A program made the position numbers and the translations under genes. Positions 1 through 11,419 of a DNA stretch of 64,000 bases are shown one piece after another; the first letter of the stretch is position 1; each line of letters begins with the position of its first letter. The stretch covers positions 372,001 through 436,000 of the forward strand of contig OZ218960.1 of NCBI GenBank assembly GCA_965112735.1. The letters run 5' to 3'. The stretch is from Phaeosaccion multiseriatum (Eukaryota; Protista; Ochrophyta, other classes). The notes beneath the pieces were generated by a model that ran no database searches, was not told the origin of the DNA, and saw only the letters and a list, made by a program, of their open reading frames with translations.

Positions 1-3000
1 AATCACGGGGGAAATAGACCCCCTTGCCCCCGAGTGCGACGCTGCTCCGACGAATCCTCCGACTGCTGCACCGACTGCTGCACCGACTGCTGCACCGACT
101 GCTCCTCCGACTCAGGTATGTGAAATGACATGGCTGATGCCCTCTTCTGTCTTGCTTGATTGCCCTCCTCTCTCCTCTTAAGCCTCGACTCTGACTGGTG
201 CTTCATCACTCTCCCACCCACCCTCGTCTGCACTCCCACGACCCTCCATCGTCGTTCTCAGGCTCCCACGGCTCCTCCCACGGCTGCACCGACTGCGCCT
301 CCAACTGCGACACCGACTGCTCCTCCGACTCAGGTATGTGAAATGACATGGCTGATGCCCTCTTCTGTCTTGCTTGATTGCCCTCCTCTCTCCTCTTGTA
401 CTCGACACTAAGTGGTGCTTCACCACTCTCCCACCCACCCTCGTCTGCACTCCCACGACCCTCCATCGTCGTTCTCAGGCTCCCACGGCTCCTCCGACGG
501 CTGCACCGACTGCGCCTCCAACTGCGACACCGACTGCTCCTCCGACTCAGGTATGTGAAACGGCGTGGCTGGTGCCCTTCTCTGCCTTGCTTGCTTCCTA
601 TCCTCTCTCCTCTTGTGTCTCACACGAAGTGGTGCTTCACCACTCTCCCACCCACCCTCGTCTGCACTCCCACGACCCTCCATCGTCGTTCTCAGGCTCC
701 CACGGCTCCTCCCACGGCTGCACCGACTGCGCCTCCAACTGCGACACCGACTGCTCCTCCGACTCAGGTATGTGAAATGACATGGCTGATGCCCTCTTCT
801 GTCTTGCTTGATTGCCCTCCTCTCTCCTCTTGTTCTCGACACTAAGTGGTGCTTCACCACTCTCCCACCCACCCTCGTCTGCACTCCCACGACCCTCCAT
901 CGTCGTTCTCAGGCTCCCACGGCTCCTCCTACGGCTGCACCGACTGCGCCTCCAACTGCTACACCGACTGCTCCTCCGACTCAGGTATGTGAAATGGCAT
1001 GGCTGGTGCCCTCCTCTGCCTTGCTTGCTCCTTTTTCTTGTTGTTCTAGACACTAAGTGGTGCTTCATCACTCTCCCACCCACCCCCGTCTGCACTCCCA
1101 CGACCCTCCATCGTCGTTCTCAGGCTCCCACGGCTCCTCCGACGGCTGCACCGACTGCGCCTCCAACTGCTACATCGACTGCTCCTCCGACTCAGGTATG
1201 TGAAATGGCATGGCTGGTGCCCTTCTCTGCCTTGCTTGCTTCTTTTTCTTGTTGTTCTCGACTCTGACTGGTGCTTCACCACTCTCCCACCCACCCTCGT
1301 CTGCACTCCCACGACCCTCCATCGTCGTTCTCAGGCTCCCACGGCTCCTCCCACGGCTGCACCGACTGCGCCTCCAATGGCTGCACCGACTGCTCCTCCG
1401 ACTCAGGTATGTGAAATGGCATGGCTGGTGCCCTCCTCTGCCTTGCTTTCTTCCTATCCTCTCTCCTCTTGTTCTCGACACTAAGTGGTGCTTCACCACT
1501 CTCCCACCCACCCTCGTCTGCACTCCCACGACCCTCCATCGTCGTTCTCAGGCTCCCACGGCTCCTCCTACGGCTGCACCGACTGCGCCTCCAACTGCGA
1601 CACCGACTGCTCCTCCGACTCAGGTATATGAAATGGCGTGGCTTGCCCTCCTCTGCCTTGCTTTCTTCCTATCCTCTCTCCTCTTGTGTCTCGACACTAA
1701 GTGGTGCTTCATCACTCTCCCACCCACCCTCATCTGCACTCCCACGACCCTCCATCGTCGTTCTCAGGCTCCCACGGCTCCTCCCACGGCTGCACCGACT
1801 GCGCCTCCAACTGGTGCGCCGACTGCTCCTCCGACTCAGGTATGTGAAATGGCGTGGCTGGTGCCCTCCTCTGCCTTGCTTGCTTCTTTTCCCCCTTGTT
1901 CTTGACTCTGACTGGTGCTTCATCACTCTCCCACCCACCCTCGTCTGCACTCCCACGACCCGCCATCGTCGTTCTCAGGCTCCCACGGCTCCTCCCACGG
2001 CTGCAACGACTGCGCCTCCAATGGCTGCACCGACTGCTCCTCCGACTCTGGTATGTGAAATGGCGTGGCTGGTGCCCTCCTCTGCCTTGCTTGCTTCTTT
2101 TCCCCCTTGTTCTTGACTCTGACTGGTGCTTCATCACTCTCCCACCCTCTTCTGCACTCCCACGACCCGCCATCGTCGTTCTCAGGCTCCCACGGCTCCT
2201 CCCACGGCTGCAACGACTGCGCCTCCAATGGCGGCACCGACTGCTCCTCCGACTCTGGTATGTGAAACGGCATGGCTGGTGCCCTTCTCTGCCTTGCTTG
2301 CTTCCTCTCCTCTCTCTTCTTGTTTTCGACTCTGAATGGTGCTTCACCACTCTCCCACCCACCCTCGTCTCACTCCCACGACCCTCCATCGTCGTTCTCA
2401 GGCTCCCACGGCTCCTCCGACGGCTGCACCGACTGCGCCTCCAACTGCTGCTCCGACTGCTGCATTGACTCTGGTATGTGGCATGGCATGACCGGTACCT
2501 CCCTTTCCTTCGCCTCGCTTTCTCCCCTCCTGATACTCACATCCCTGCTTTCCCATCCTCTGCCCTGCCCTCCCCTGTGCCGTTCCTGCCTCGTCTCATC
2601 TTCCTCAGGCGCCAGTGGCCACCGCCCCTCCGACCCTCGCACCATCGACCGCCGCCCCCACGACGCCTCCCACCACGCCTCCCACCTCTCCCCCTGCGAC
2701 AGTCTCGGAGGACGTGGACTGCACGCAGCTGGACTGGAACGGAGAGTGTGGCGCCTACACCGACGCTGCTTCGTGCAACTGCTGGACTCTGTCGGACTTC
2801 GCGTGCGTGTGGTCCGACGACAGCTGCGCCACTGGCAGCGGTGACGGCACTAGCCCCACCCCCACGCCTTCTCCCGTCGCTACCCCGCCCCCGACAACTC
2901 CCCCCATTGAGGTGGACTGTCCCTCGCTTGGATGGGAAGGCAGCTGCGGCGCCTTCACCGACGCTGCCTCGTGCAACTGCTGGACTCCGTCGGACTTCGC

Positions 3001-3496
3001 GTGCGTGTGGTCCGACGACAGCTGCAGCCGAGACTGTACCTCGCTTGGATGGGAAGGTAGCTGCGGCGCCTTCACTGACGCTGAGACGTGCAACTGCTGG
3101 ACTCTGTCGGACTTCGCGTGCGCGTGGAGCAATGGCAGCTGCAGCAGTGGTAGTGGTGACAGCATCAGCCCCACCCCCACTCCCCCGCCGGTGACTGCCG
3201 TGGACTGCACGCAGCTGGGCTGGGGCGGTGCGTGCGTTGGATACACCGACGAGGCCTCGTGCGAGTGCTGGGCTCTGTCGGACTTCGCGTGCGCGTGGAG
3301 CAATGGCAGCTGCAGCAGTGGTAGTGGTGACAGCATCAGCCCCACCCCCACTCCCCCGCCGGTGACTGCCGTGGACTGCACGCAGCTGGGCTGGGGCGGT
3401 GCGTGCGTTGGATACACCGACGAGGCCTCGTGCGAGTGCTGGGCTCTGTCGGACTTCGCGTGCGCGTGGAGCAGCGCCGAGCAGCGGTGCGGCTGA
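1..3496 (+). CDS. 3' part of secreted metalloprotease-mucin-Cys-repeat protein (paralog A, 5' end outside window)
   Basis: Starts ITGEIDPLAPEC, matching LITGETDSLSPEC of paralog B. Exon to 115, then eleven 72-nt phase-0 exons (262, 479, 696, 913, 1124, 1335, 1552, 1768, 1979, 2186, 2402; APTAPPTAAPTAPPTATPTAPPTQ) separated by GT..CTCAG introns. Terminal exon 2609-3496 has five 6-Cys repeats; stop TGA 3494-3496. Confidence 0.85.
116..2473 (+). repeat. Tandem array of about 207-218 bp intron+exon units (11 copies)
   Basis: Near-identical units GTATGTGAAA...GTTCTCAG + 72-nt exon. Introns are 135-146 nt; exons are always 72 nt. Confidence 0.95.
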
Positions 3497-3935
3497 TGCC
3501 CGGATGGGTAGGGCTGCAAGACAAGCAAAGGCGCGCAGGCGGCGGGGCTTAATGGCTTTGCTCCGCTCGGCAGTACCTTTTGGTCGTCCAGCACTCTAGT
3601 TAGATAGCCTAGATGCAGGAATCTCTTGGGATTCCATCACTATAATAAAGTATCGTTTAGTCTTCCTTCCAGGGCATGTTATATCTCTTACGCAACCCAC
3701 AGATTGCATCGATGAACTAATTCTCTCACGTACCCTTTCAACCTCCCCGCACCAGATGTGGCTCTCGGAGCGAGAGCGCGCCTTCCTGGCTCGGCTCAAC
3801 CGCGGAGCCGGTCCTGCACTCCCCCTCCCCACCCTAGAGGGGGAGTAACCGGCCCCTTTTATTCGACCCCTGATACACTATCGCCCACTTTCTCGATAGC
3901 GCGCTATCGGGCGGCGCCGTCCTTCTCGATTTTAT

Positions 3936-3972
3936 ACTTTCAGTTTCTTAGGTGATTCCTATTAAGTCAATA
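3936..3972 (+). repeat. 37-bp dispersed repeat, copy 1
   Basis: ACTTTCAGTTTCTTAGGTGATTCCTATTAAGTCAATA; exact reverse complement at 32736-32772; partial copy near 41356-41376. Confidence 0.85.
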
Positions 3973-4393
3973 AAGTTCACCCCGCCCAAGAGGGGGAGAA
4001 ACCGGCCCCTCGAGGGCCCCGGAGACACAGAGATACACACTCACCCTGACATGCTTCTGAGACAGGCCAGCCCAGAAGCAGGAAGCAGGCCGGTGGCGGG
4101 AAGGAGGGACCTGGAACCTGCCTTAACTCCACCAAAGTCCTCTTTCCTCTTAAGATCTTTATTGCTACTGGACCCCAATTGTAAGGAATATAAAAAAAAT
4201 AGAAAGGCAGCTGTAAAAAGAAGAAAAATGAGGGTGATGGAACGCTCCCGGGAGCGTGAGGGTGAAGGAACACTCCCAAGAGCGGGGCACCAGCTGCTGC
4301 AGAGCGGAGGAGACGCCCAACAAATGCGAGACCATCCACAAACCAACAAGCGCCGTGCCAATCATGGTGCTGTTCCAACAACCACAAGCCAAG

Positions 4394-7300
4394 ATGCTGC
4401 TGCTCGTACTGCAGCTGGCACTGCTGCTTCCCTTTCAAGCGGCAGCCGCTGCGGCATCAAGAAAGCGTGATTTGGCCTCGCTGAAGGCTGACACGCAAGC
4501 GGGAGGCTACACGGCGAAGCTGATGCCCAGAGGAAAAAGGACCGTGCACATTCCACTTTTTTCGGACCCTTCGATGGGCCCGTCGCACACGAGAGTGGAG
4601 AGGGTCGAGGTGGATGGGCAAGCAAGTGGCGGTGCGAGAAGGAGATTGGCACCCGACTGCGACTACTCGCCGCTGTTTGACGTGACCTTCTCTCCGAGCC
4701 CAGCCCCGGCTGGGGACGTTAGGCGGGCAGAAGCCGCAACAGAGAGAGCTCTGTGCATGTGGGCTGATATCTTCGAGCCTGGAGAGGGTCGTATCCGTAT
4801 CCTTATCGACCCTGTGGCGGACCTGGCCGACGTCATATCCACCACTGACACGGACGCCATCGCGGATACGTTGGCCGGTGCCCTTGTCGCCCTTCTGACC
4901 GTGGAAAGGACATTCGATGATGGGGAAACGGAGGTGGTGGACTTTGCCCCGGCGCAGGTTCGCTATCTCGGCTTCGCGAGCGACGAAGAGCTTGAAGAAA
5001 TTGGAGTGGAGTACGACGGCGAGATAGTATTCAACAGAGACATTGACTGGCACTATGGAGACGGCGCGGATATCGCTTCCAACGAGGTGAGGCAGTCACT
5101 CTTGCCTGGCCACGCCATCTGCTGAGCTCCCTAGGAGGATGCTGTCATGACTCGCTCCCTCAGAAACCCAAGCAAGAAGCAAGAAGTGTCATGTGGAGTT
5201 ACGTGGAGATTGGTCTGCTCTGCTGCTGACCCTGTCGCTGACTCCACTACACCCCTTCCCCCCCACGCATCACCCACAGTTCGACTTCACGACGGTGATG
5301 GCACACGAGATTTCGCACGTGTTCGGTTTCCTTGAACCCTTGATTGTAGTTGACAGTCCGCTTACGGGCGAAACCGTAGGCCTCTGGCCGGAGTACACAG
5401 ATGAACAAGTGAGCCAAGACTTAGTGAGACGGGAGGGAAAGAGAGAGAGAGAGCGGGAGGGGGACAGAGCGGGAGAAAGCGAGAGAAATCACGACAATGG
5501 ATCAATAGAGGACAAGCGCTGGTGTGCTTTGTTCCTCTCGGTGGGAGCGATGGCCTGGCTTGCTGCTGCTGCTGCTGCTTCTTGAGGTGGTGTGTGGTGT
5601 GGAGGTCTGCATAAGTCTCCTGGCCGACGTTTACACTCATCCCGCCCCCTTCCTCTCGCCCTCTCTCTCGTTCTCTCTCCCCCTCCCACAAGGGAAACGT
5701 CACCCCCAACTACCTTGGCTCATTGTACTCGCTGGCCATGACCGACCGTTACGGAGGCCGACAACTCAATCCCAACAACTTCCCGACCTCCGTTGACACA
5801 TTCACGAGTAACCCCATCTTCACAGCGGGCAGGCTTTGCATTTTGGACGAACCAAGTGAGTTCGCGTCGTCTCAGTCAGTCATAACAACAAGGACAGAGT
5901 CTTTGGGGGGAGACACTTCGCTTAATATCGCTCACGGTCTTGTGTTCCTCTCCCTTCCTCCCTTCCATCCCTCTCCCATCCTTCCTCCCTCCCTCCCTCC
6001 CTCCCTTCCTCCCCCCCCCCCCGCGCAGCGGACACATGTGTGCCCATATTCACACCCAGCATTTACTTTGCCGGATCGTCCATGAGCCACTTCGACGAGA
6101 TGTACTTCTCTCCAGGCACTGTCAACAGCCTCCTGACCCCGGTTCTCCAGGAGGCCGAGGTCGTGCGCTGCGTTGGTGCCATCACGGCGAGAGTCTTCGG
6201 GGAGCTCGGGTTCGACCTGTCCACCGACTGCCGCTCCACCTGCGGCAACTTAATCACGGGGGAAACCGACTCCTTATCCCCCGAGTGCAGCACTGTCCCG
6301 ACCATTGCGCCAAGCGCCGCCCCGACTGCTGCTCCCACTGCTGTTCCAACTGCTGCCCCATCTGCTGCTCCCACTGCTGTTCCAACTGAGGTGTGTGACG
6401 AGGCGGGTGCCCTCCTCTGCCGTTCCCTTCCCTCTCATGCGTCTCGCTTCCTCTCCTCTCTTGTTGTGCCTCTGACTCATGCTTACACCCATATGCGTAC
6501 ACCCATCTACTCCCATCCTCCTGGACTCCCCTGCGCCCCCCCTTCGTCTTCCTCAGGCGCCAGTGACCACTGCTCCGACTCTTGCGCCAAGTGCCGCCCC
6601 GACTGCTGCTCCCACGGCTACACCGACTGCGACACCGACAGCGACACCAACTGAGGTGTGTGACGTGCCCTCTTCTACCCTTCCCTTCCCTCTCATGCGT
6701 CTCGCCTCCTCTCCTCTCTTGTTGTGCCGCTGACTCATGCTTACACCCATATGCGTACATCCATCTACTCCCATCCTCCTGGACTCCCCTGTGCCCCCCC
6801 TTCGTCTTCCTCAGGCGCCAGTGACCACTGCTCCGACTCTTGCGCCAACCGCCGCCCCGACTGCTGCTCCCACGGCTACACCGACAGCGACACCAACAGC
6901 GACACCAACTGAGGTATGTGACGTGCCCTTCTCTGCCCTTCTCTTCCCTCTCATGCGTCTCGCTTCCTCTCCTCTCTTGTTGTGCCTCTGACTCATGCTT
7001 ACACCCATATGCGTACATCCATCTACTCCCATCCTCCTGGACTCCCCTGCGCCCCCCCTTCGTCTTCCTCAGGCGCCAGTGACCACTGCCCCGACTCTTG
7101 CGCCAACCGCCGCCCCGACTGCTGCTCCCACGGCTACACCGACTGCGACACCAACAGCGACACCAACTGAGGTATGTGACGTGCCCTTCTCTGCCCTTCT
7201 CTTCCCTCTCATGCGTCTCGCTTCCTCTCCTCTCTTGTTGTGCCTCTGACTGATGGTTACACCCACATGCTTACACCCATCTACTCCCATCCTCCTGGAC

Positions 7301-7861
7301 TCCCCTGTGCCCCCCCTTCGTCTTTCTCAGGCGCCAGTGACCACTGCTCCGACTCTTGCGCCAAGTGCCGCCCCGACTGCTGCTCCCACGGCTGCTCCCA
7401 CGGCTGCACCGACTCAGGTCTCGGAGGACGTGGACTGTACGCAGCTGGACTGGAACGGAGAGTGTGGCGCCTACACCGACGCTGCTTCGTGCAACTGCTG
7501 GACGCTGTCCGCCTTCGCGTGCTCGTGGTCCGGCGACAACTGTGGTGGTGACAGCATCAGCCCCACCCCCACGCCTCCTCCCGTCGCTACCCCGCCCCCG
7601 ACAACTCCCCCCATTGAGGTGGACTGTCCCTCGCTTGGATGGGAAGGCAGCTGCGGCGCCTTCACCGACGCTGCCTCGTGCAACTGCTGGACTCCGTCCG
7701 CCTTCGCGTGCGTGTGGTCCGACGACAGCTGCAGCCGAGACTGTACCTCGCTTGGATGGGAAGGTAGCTGCGGCGCCTTCACTGACGCTGAGACGTGCAA
7801 CTGCTGGACTCTGTCGGACTTCGCGTGCTCGTGGAGCAGCGCCGAGCAGCGGTGCAGCTGA
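4394..7861 (+). CDS. Secreted zincin-like metalloprotease with Pro/Thr mucin stalk and three Cys/Trp repeats (paralog B)
   Basis: Signal peptide MLLLVLQLALLLPFQAAAA. Exons 4394-5086, 5280-5408, 5693-5855, 6029-6390, 6557-6655, 6815-6913, 7073-7171, 7331-7861 join in frame with GT-AG introns. Motifs FDFTTVMAHEISHVFGF (HExxH) and GSSMSHFDE...SLLTP...GAITARVFGELGF. Confidence 0.85.
6391..7430 (+). repeat. Tandem array of 258-bp intron+exon units (about 4 copies)
   Basis: 99-nt phase-0 exons (APVTTAPTLAP..TPTE) with near-identical 159-166 nt introns. Confidence 0.92.
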
Positions 7862-8097
7862 TGCCCGGATGGGTAGGGCAGCAAGACAAGCAAAGGGGCT
7901 CCGGCGGCGGGGCTCAATGGCTTTGCTCCAGTCCTTTCCCTTTGCAATCCAACTAGTCAGAAAGTCAGTTAGCCTAACTGTGCAAGGAATGTCTTGCGGA
8001 TTCCTTGCACTATAGTAACACGTACCGTCACAAAGTGCCGTGACCCCTCGATATCTTGTATCTTAGCTTTGGTGCCATCTGTGCTGCCTAAAAGGAA

Positions 8098-8700
8098 CTA
8101 ACTTTCACCTCTCTGAAGCGCGTCATGCTGCAGTGTTCCTAACCCCGATGGTGTGCAGCTCAGGATGTGTATCCATCTCAGCAAGCCAGTGGTGGGGTGC
8201 TTGTGGCAGGGGCTGGGGTGGATGGTGCTCACATCCGCTCCATGTAGCCTGCGCAATGCCCTCGTCAGCTCCGGTGTGGTCATGTGGTGTGCTCTCCCGG
8301 GGCGCATTGGCTTGAGCTGGAGCCATGCGCCAGACAGCCCTTCTGTCTCTGACTGCAGTACTAGCTACCGAGCCTTGCTTGTGGCTGGGGCTCTCGAAAC
8401 TTGAAGTCCATTGGGTCCGCTGGGTCCGCTGAGCTTCTCAGTGAAGCGGCGTTTATCCGCTCGGCTGATTCCACTATCTCCAACTCCCCCTTCCAAGCTG
8501 CTGCGAGCACCCCTTCATTCCATGGGCACCACTCCTTGCCGCAGCGAATCCTCCGTCCGCAGCAATAGGACGCTCAATCCGTACCTCTCGTTCCCACGGA
8601 AGCATTGCACACGCACGCTCCAACCCCAGCTACAGTCTATGCTGCGAAGTCAAGAGCCTTGCATACAACCACTTCTCCGTATCCACCATCCATCCACCTC
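8098..8700 (-). mobile_element. Degenerate non-LTR retrotransposon fragment (CRE/RLE-like C-terminal region)
   Basis: Minus strand reads SGAWLQLKP..MTTPELTRALRRLHG..C..HILSC..GLGTLQHDAL, resembling the AWL..P..EF..ALR.RLG..C..H.L.C..RHD signature. A possible eroded RT motif GCMQGS lies near 8650-8670. Confidence 0.7.
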
Positions 8701-9917
8701 CAGCCCTTGAAGTCTCCCTCCCCCTTACTCCCCCCACTCTCCAACAAAGCCTTCCACCACACACACATTCCCCCAGTTAGCACTCACCTCGCACTCCAGC
8801 CAGCGCCCGAATACCTACCGAGCCCATCAAAGCTCTAGCTAACATACGTCTCCGTACTCCGCAGCAGTCCGAAATGTGCCCCCAGCCAGACGCCGCTCAC
8901 AGCCGTACTTCCTGGCCCAGCTCCAGCGCTCGACAGACTCCACCACCCTCCTGCTGCGAAGCGTCGTCTTGCGGCCGGCCGGGTAGAGCTGTCTGTTTTG
9001 TCCGTTCCATGCCTGGCTCCCCGCCGCAAGCAACGAAGAAGTCTTGGCCTTCCCCAGCCCACTCGCTCCATGACTTTCAAGGGCGGCCGGAGGGGGAGCA
9101 GCTGCCTATCACCCTGCCGCGGCGGCACTGGCACCACCTCCTCCAGATCCAGGGGAAAAGTCCAACGTACGGCCCCTGAGTAGGAGGTGGGCTGCGCCTC
9201 TTGCCGCCCTACTTTTGGTTCCGCCTCCCCCTTTTCCGTCTTCAAGCAATACTCTTCACGGATCAAGGCGCGTCTGGTTGTGCTTTCGATGCCCTCTGCT
9301 CTCATCAGGAAACCTGGATGACGAGAGAAGGGACGGAGGGGAGGAAAGAAACTAGATGTCGCAATTCGTAGCGACCATTCCTCTCCCATCCTCTTGCCTT
9401 GCTTGGCACTGTCCTTGTAGGAAATATACTTCGTAAAGATTTTCCTCGGCCACTGACCCTCTCCTCCTCGATCCACTCGTGCTCAAACGAAGCCCTCTCT
9501 CTCTCCATCCCTTTCTCTGCCTCCCTACTCGCCCACCCTCACCCCCGCCGCCAAGGGAACCCCTCTTCTCCCCCCCCCCGGGGATATCGAGTACCAGAAT
9601 AGAGGGGGGGGAACAAAGGGGAGCCCCCCCCCCCTATTATCCCCCCTTCCACTTTACCCCTCTTTTGGATCTTGTCAGCTTGTCAGGCAGGACGAGGAGA
9701 TCCTGAGGATCTCCCCACCCCCCCCCGTTTTTCCTACGGGAGTCAGATGATCTTACTACTTCGTACAGTAGTAGTGCAATTTTCGGGAGTGGAGTCCAAC
9801 CAGTTTGCAACCAGTTTGCGTTTCAACGGGGGGGGATGGCGGGGGTTCCGCATCGTTTCCGCCCCCCTCCTCCTCAAGTGCTTATTGCACAGCTGCGTAA
9901 GAAGAACAATCATCAAG

Positions 9918-10167
9918 ATGTGCAGGAAGGTTACTTGCAGCACCTGTTCCAAGCCCACCTGGGGTACGTGGGTTATGAGTGGAAAGAGCGGTTCTGTTTT
10001 TCTGGAGTTTAGTTAGCTATCTTCTAACTCATTCACTCCTTGTCCGTCGCCCTCCTCCCCTTCCCTCACCTTCTCTCTCCCGTGCAGCGGGCTGTGGCCT
10101 TCACATTGAGCAGGCGCTCGCCGATGTGCCCAAAGAGGACCGATGCACATGCCCAAGGGCCAAGTGA
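9918..10167 (+). CDS. 41-aa Cys/His-rich small protein MCRKVTCSTCSKPTWAGCGLHIEQALADVPKEDRCTCPRAK
   Basis: Exons 9918-9963 and 10088-10167 with a phase-1 GT-AG intron. The pattern MC..VTC..C.K.TW.GCG.H......VP...RC.C is that of a conserved uncharacterised small-protein family. Confidence 0.85.
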
Positions 10168-11114
10168 GTGAGACAGACGTAAGTCTCGCACCAGTGGAGG
10201 CCGAATAGCCTCAGAGTCTCATCTCCATATTGGTGCTCTCCCCCACCCCTCGCACACACAACAGGGGTGGTTTCTGCAGTGTGTCGTAAAGCTGCATCAG
10301 CCGGACGGGCGAGCGACTCCACTCTGCCCGAGCACTGACTTGTGTGGGGTGGGCTGGCACGAATGCGAGCTGGCAACGTTTCGCATTTTGTGTGCAACCC
10401 ACCCGACACAGTAGTGACTCAGGCTCAGTGCTTGGCAGAGTGACGCTCGCCCGCACGGCCCTCTCTGTATAGATACCATGAAGTCTCGTCTCGCGTCGTG
10501 CGTGCTGTGTGGGTGGACTGCAGGAGTGTCACCCTTGCTGGAGGGAGAATGAGCGAGCAACCCGCTCACGAAGCGTACCGACCGTCGATAACCACATACA
10601 TCATATATCCGGCGATAGCGGATGTATGTACGGTTCCAAAGGCTGGAGGTTGTGCTCACTCTCCACCGTGTCGGAACACAAAATTCAACTTTCTGTTTCG
10701 ATTGTAGTGTGGTACTCAAAAAAGTACTAATGAACTGAACCCTACCAACCTCTATTCAAGCCCGCATCCTTTGTACTCTGTGTCTACGTATGACCAACAT
10801 ACTAATTCGAAGTACTACCTTTGGGCTCTCCAAACCTTGTCTGCTCAGGGCAGGTGGGGAAGGTGGAAGGAGTGCTGCGGCTGCTGGCATCTGGGGGTGA
10901 AAGTGGAGCGGCGGTAGTGTCGCCCTTGCTATCGCCGTCTCCACCAGCAGTGGGCAAGAGAGCACAAATGTATCCACGACACGACAGCACAGCAAGACTC
11001 TCTCCCTCTCAGTGTCCCGCTGTCCCTCTTGCTCTCTTGCCCCACCGCACGGCCTGGGAAGGCTTCCAGATTGAAGCATTGTCGCCCTCGCCGCAACAAG
11101 CAACGCGACCCTCG

Positions 11115-11153
<39 letters not shown>

Positions 11154-11419
11154 ACCGGGAGTCTACGCCGCCCGCACCCCACTCACTTTCGGCTCTCTCC
11201 TCTCGGCCCTTTACTCTCTCCTGCCCTGCGCCTCTGGCGTTTCGATGCTGTTTGCGACATGTCAAGCCTTTCCCCGAAGCCCCCCCCCCCCCCAACACAC
11301 ACACACACACATCCACAATGGGAGCAGTGACTACTATAGACTATAGCACAGCACAAGCATAGATCGATGTGCTGTCCGCCTGCCCTCTCGCACGGGTCCT
11401 ACTCCTCCTACGGAGAGTC

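Noticed and set aside
116-2473. CRISPR-like array or Introner-type mobile introns
   Set aside because: There are no unique spacers. Exons are duplicated along with introns, so this is tandem duplication rather than intron transposition.
3-2844. Many overlapping ORFs on both strands in the repeat array
   Set aside because: Read-through of repeated introns; the spliced + strand model explains them.
8835-9476. 213-aa minus-strand ORF
   Set aside because: No recognisable motif or splice structure; it lies beside a decayed LINE.
10165-10167. Selenocysteine TGA in the microprotein
   Set aside because: The TGA follows the end of the family motif and no convincing SECIS was seen.
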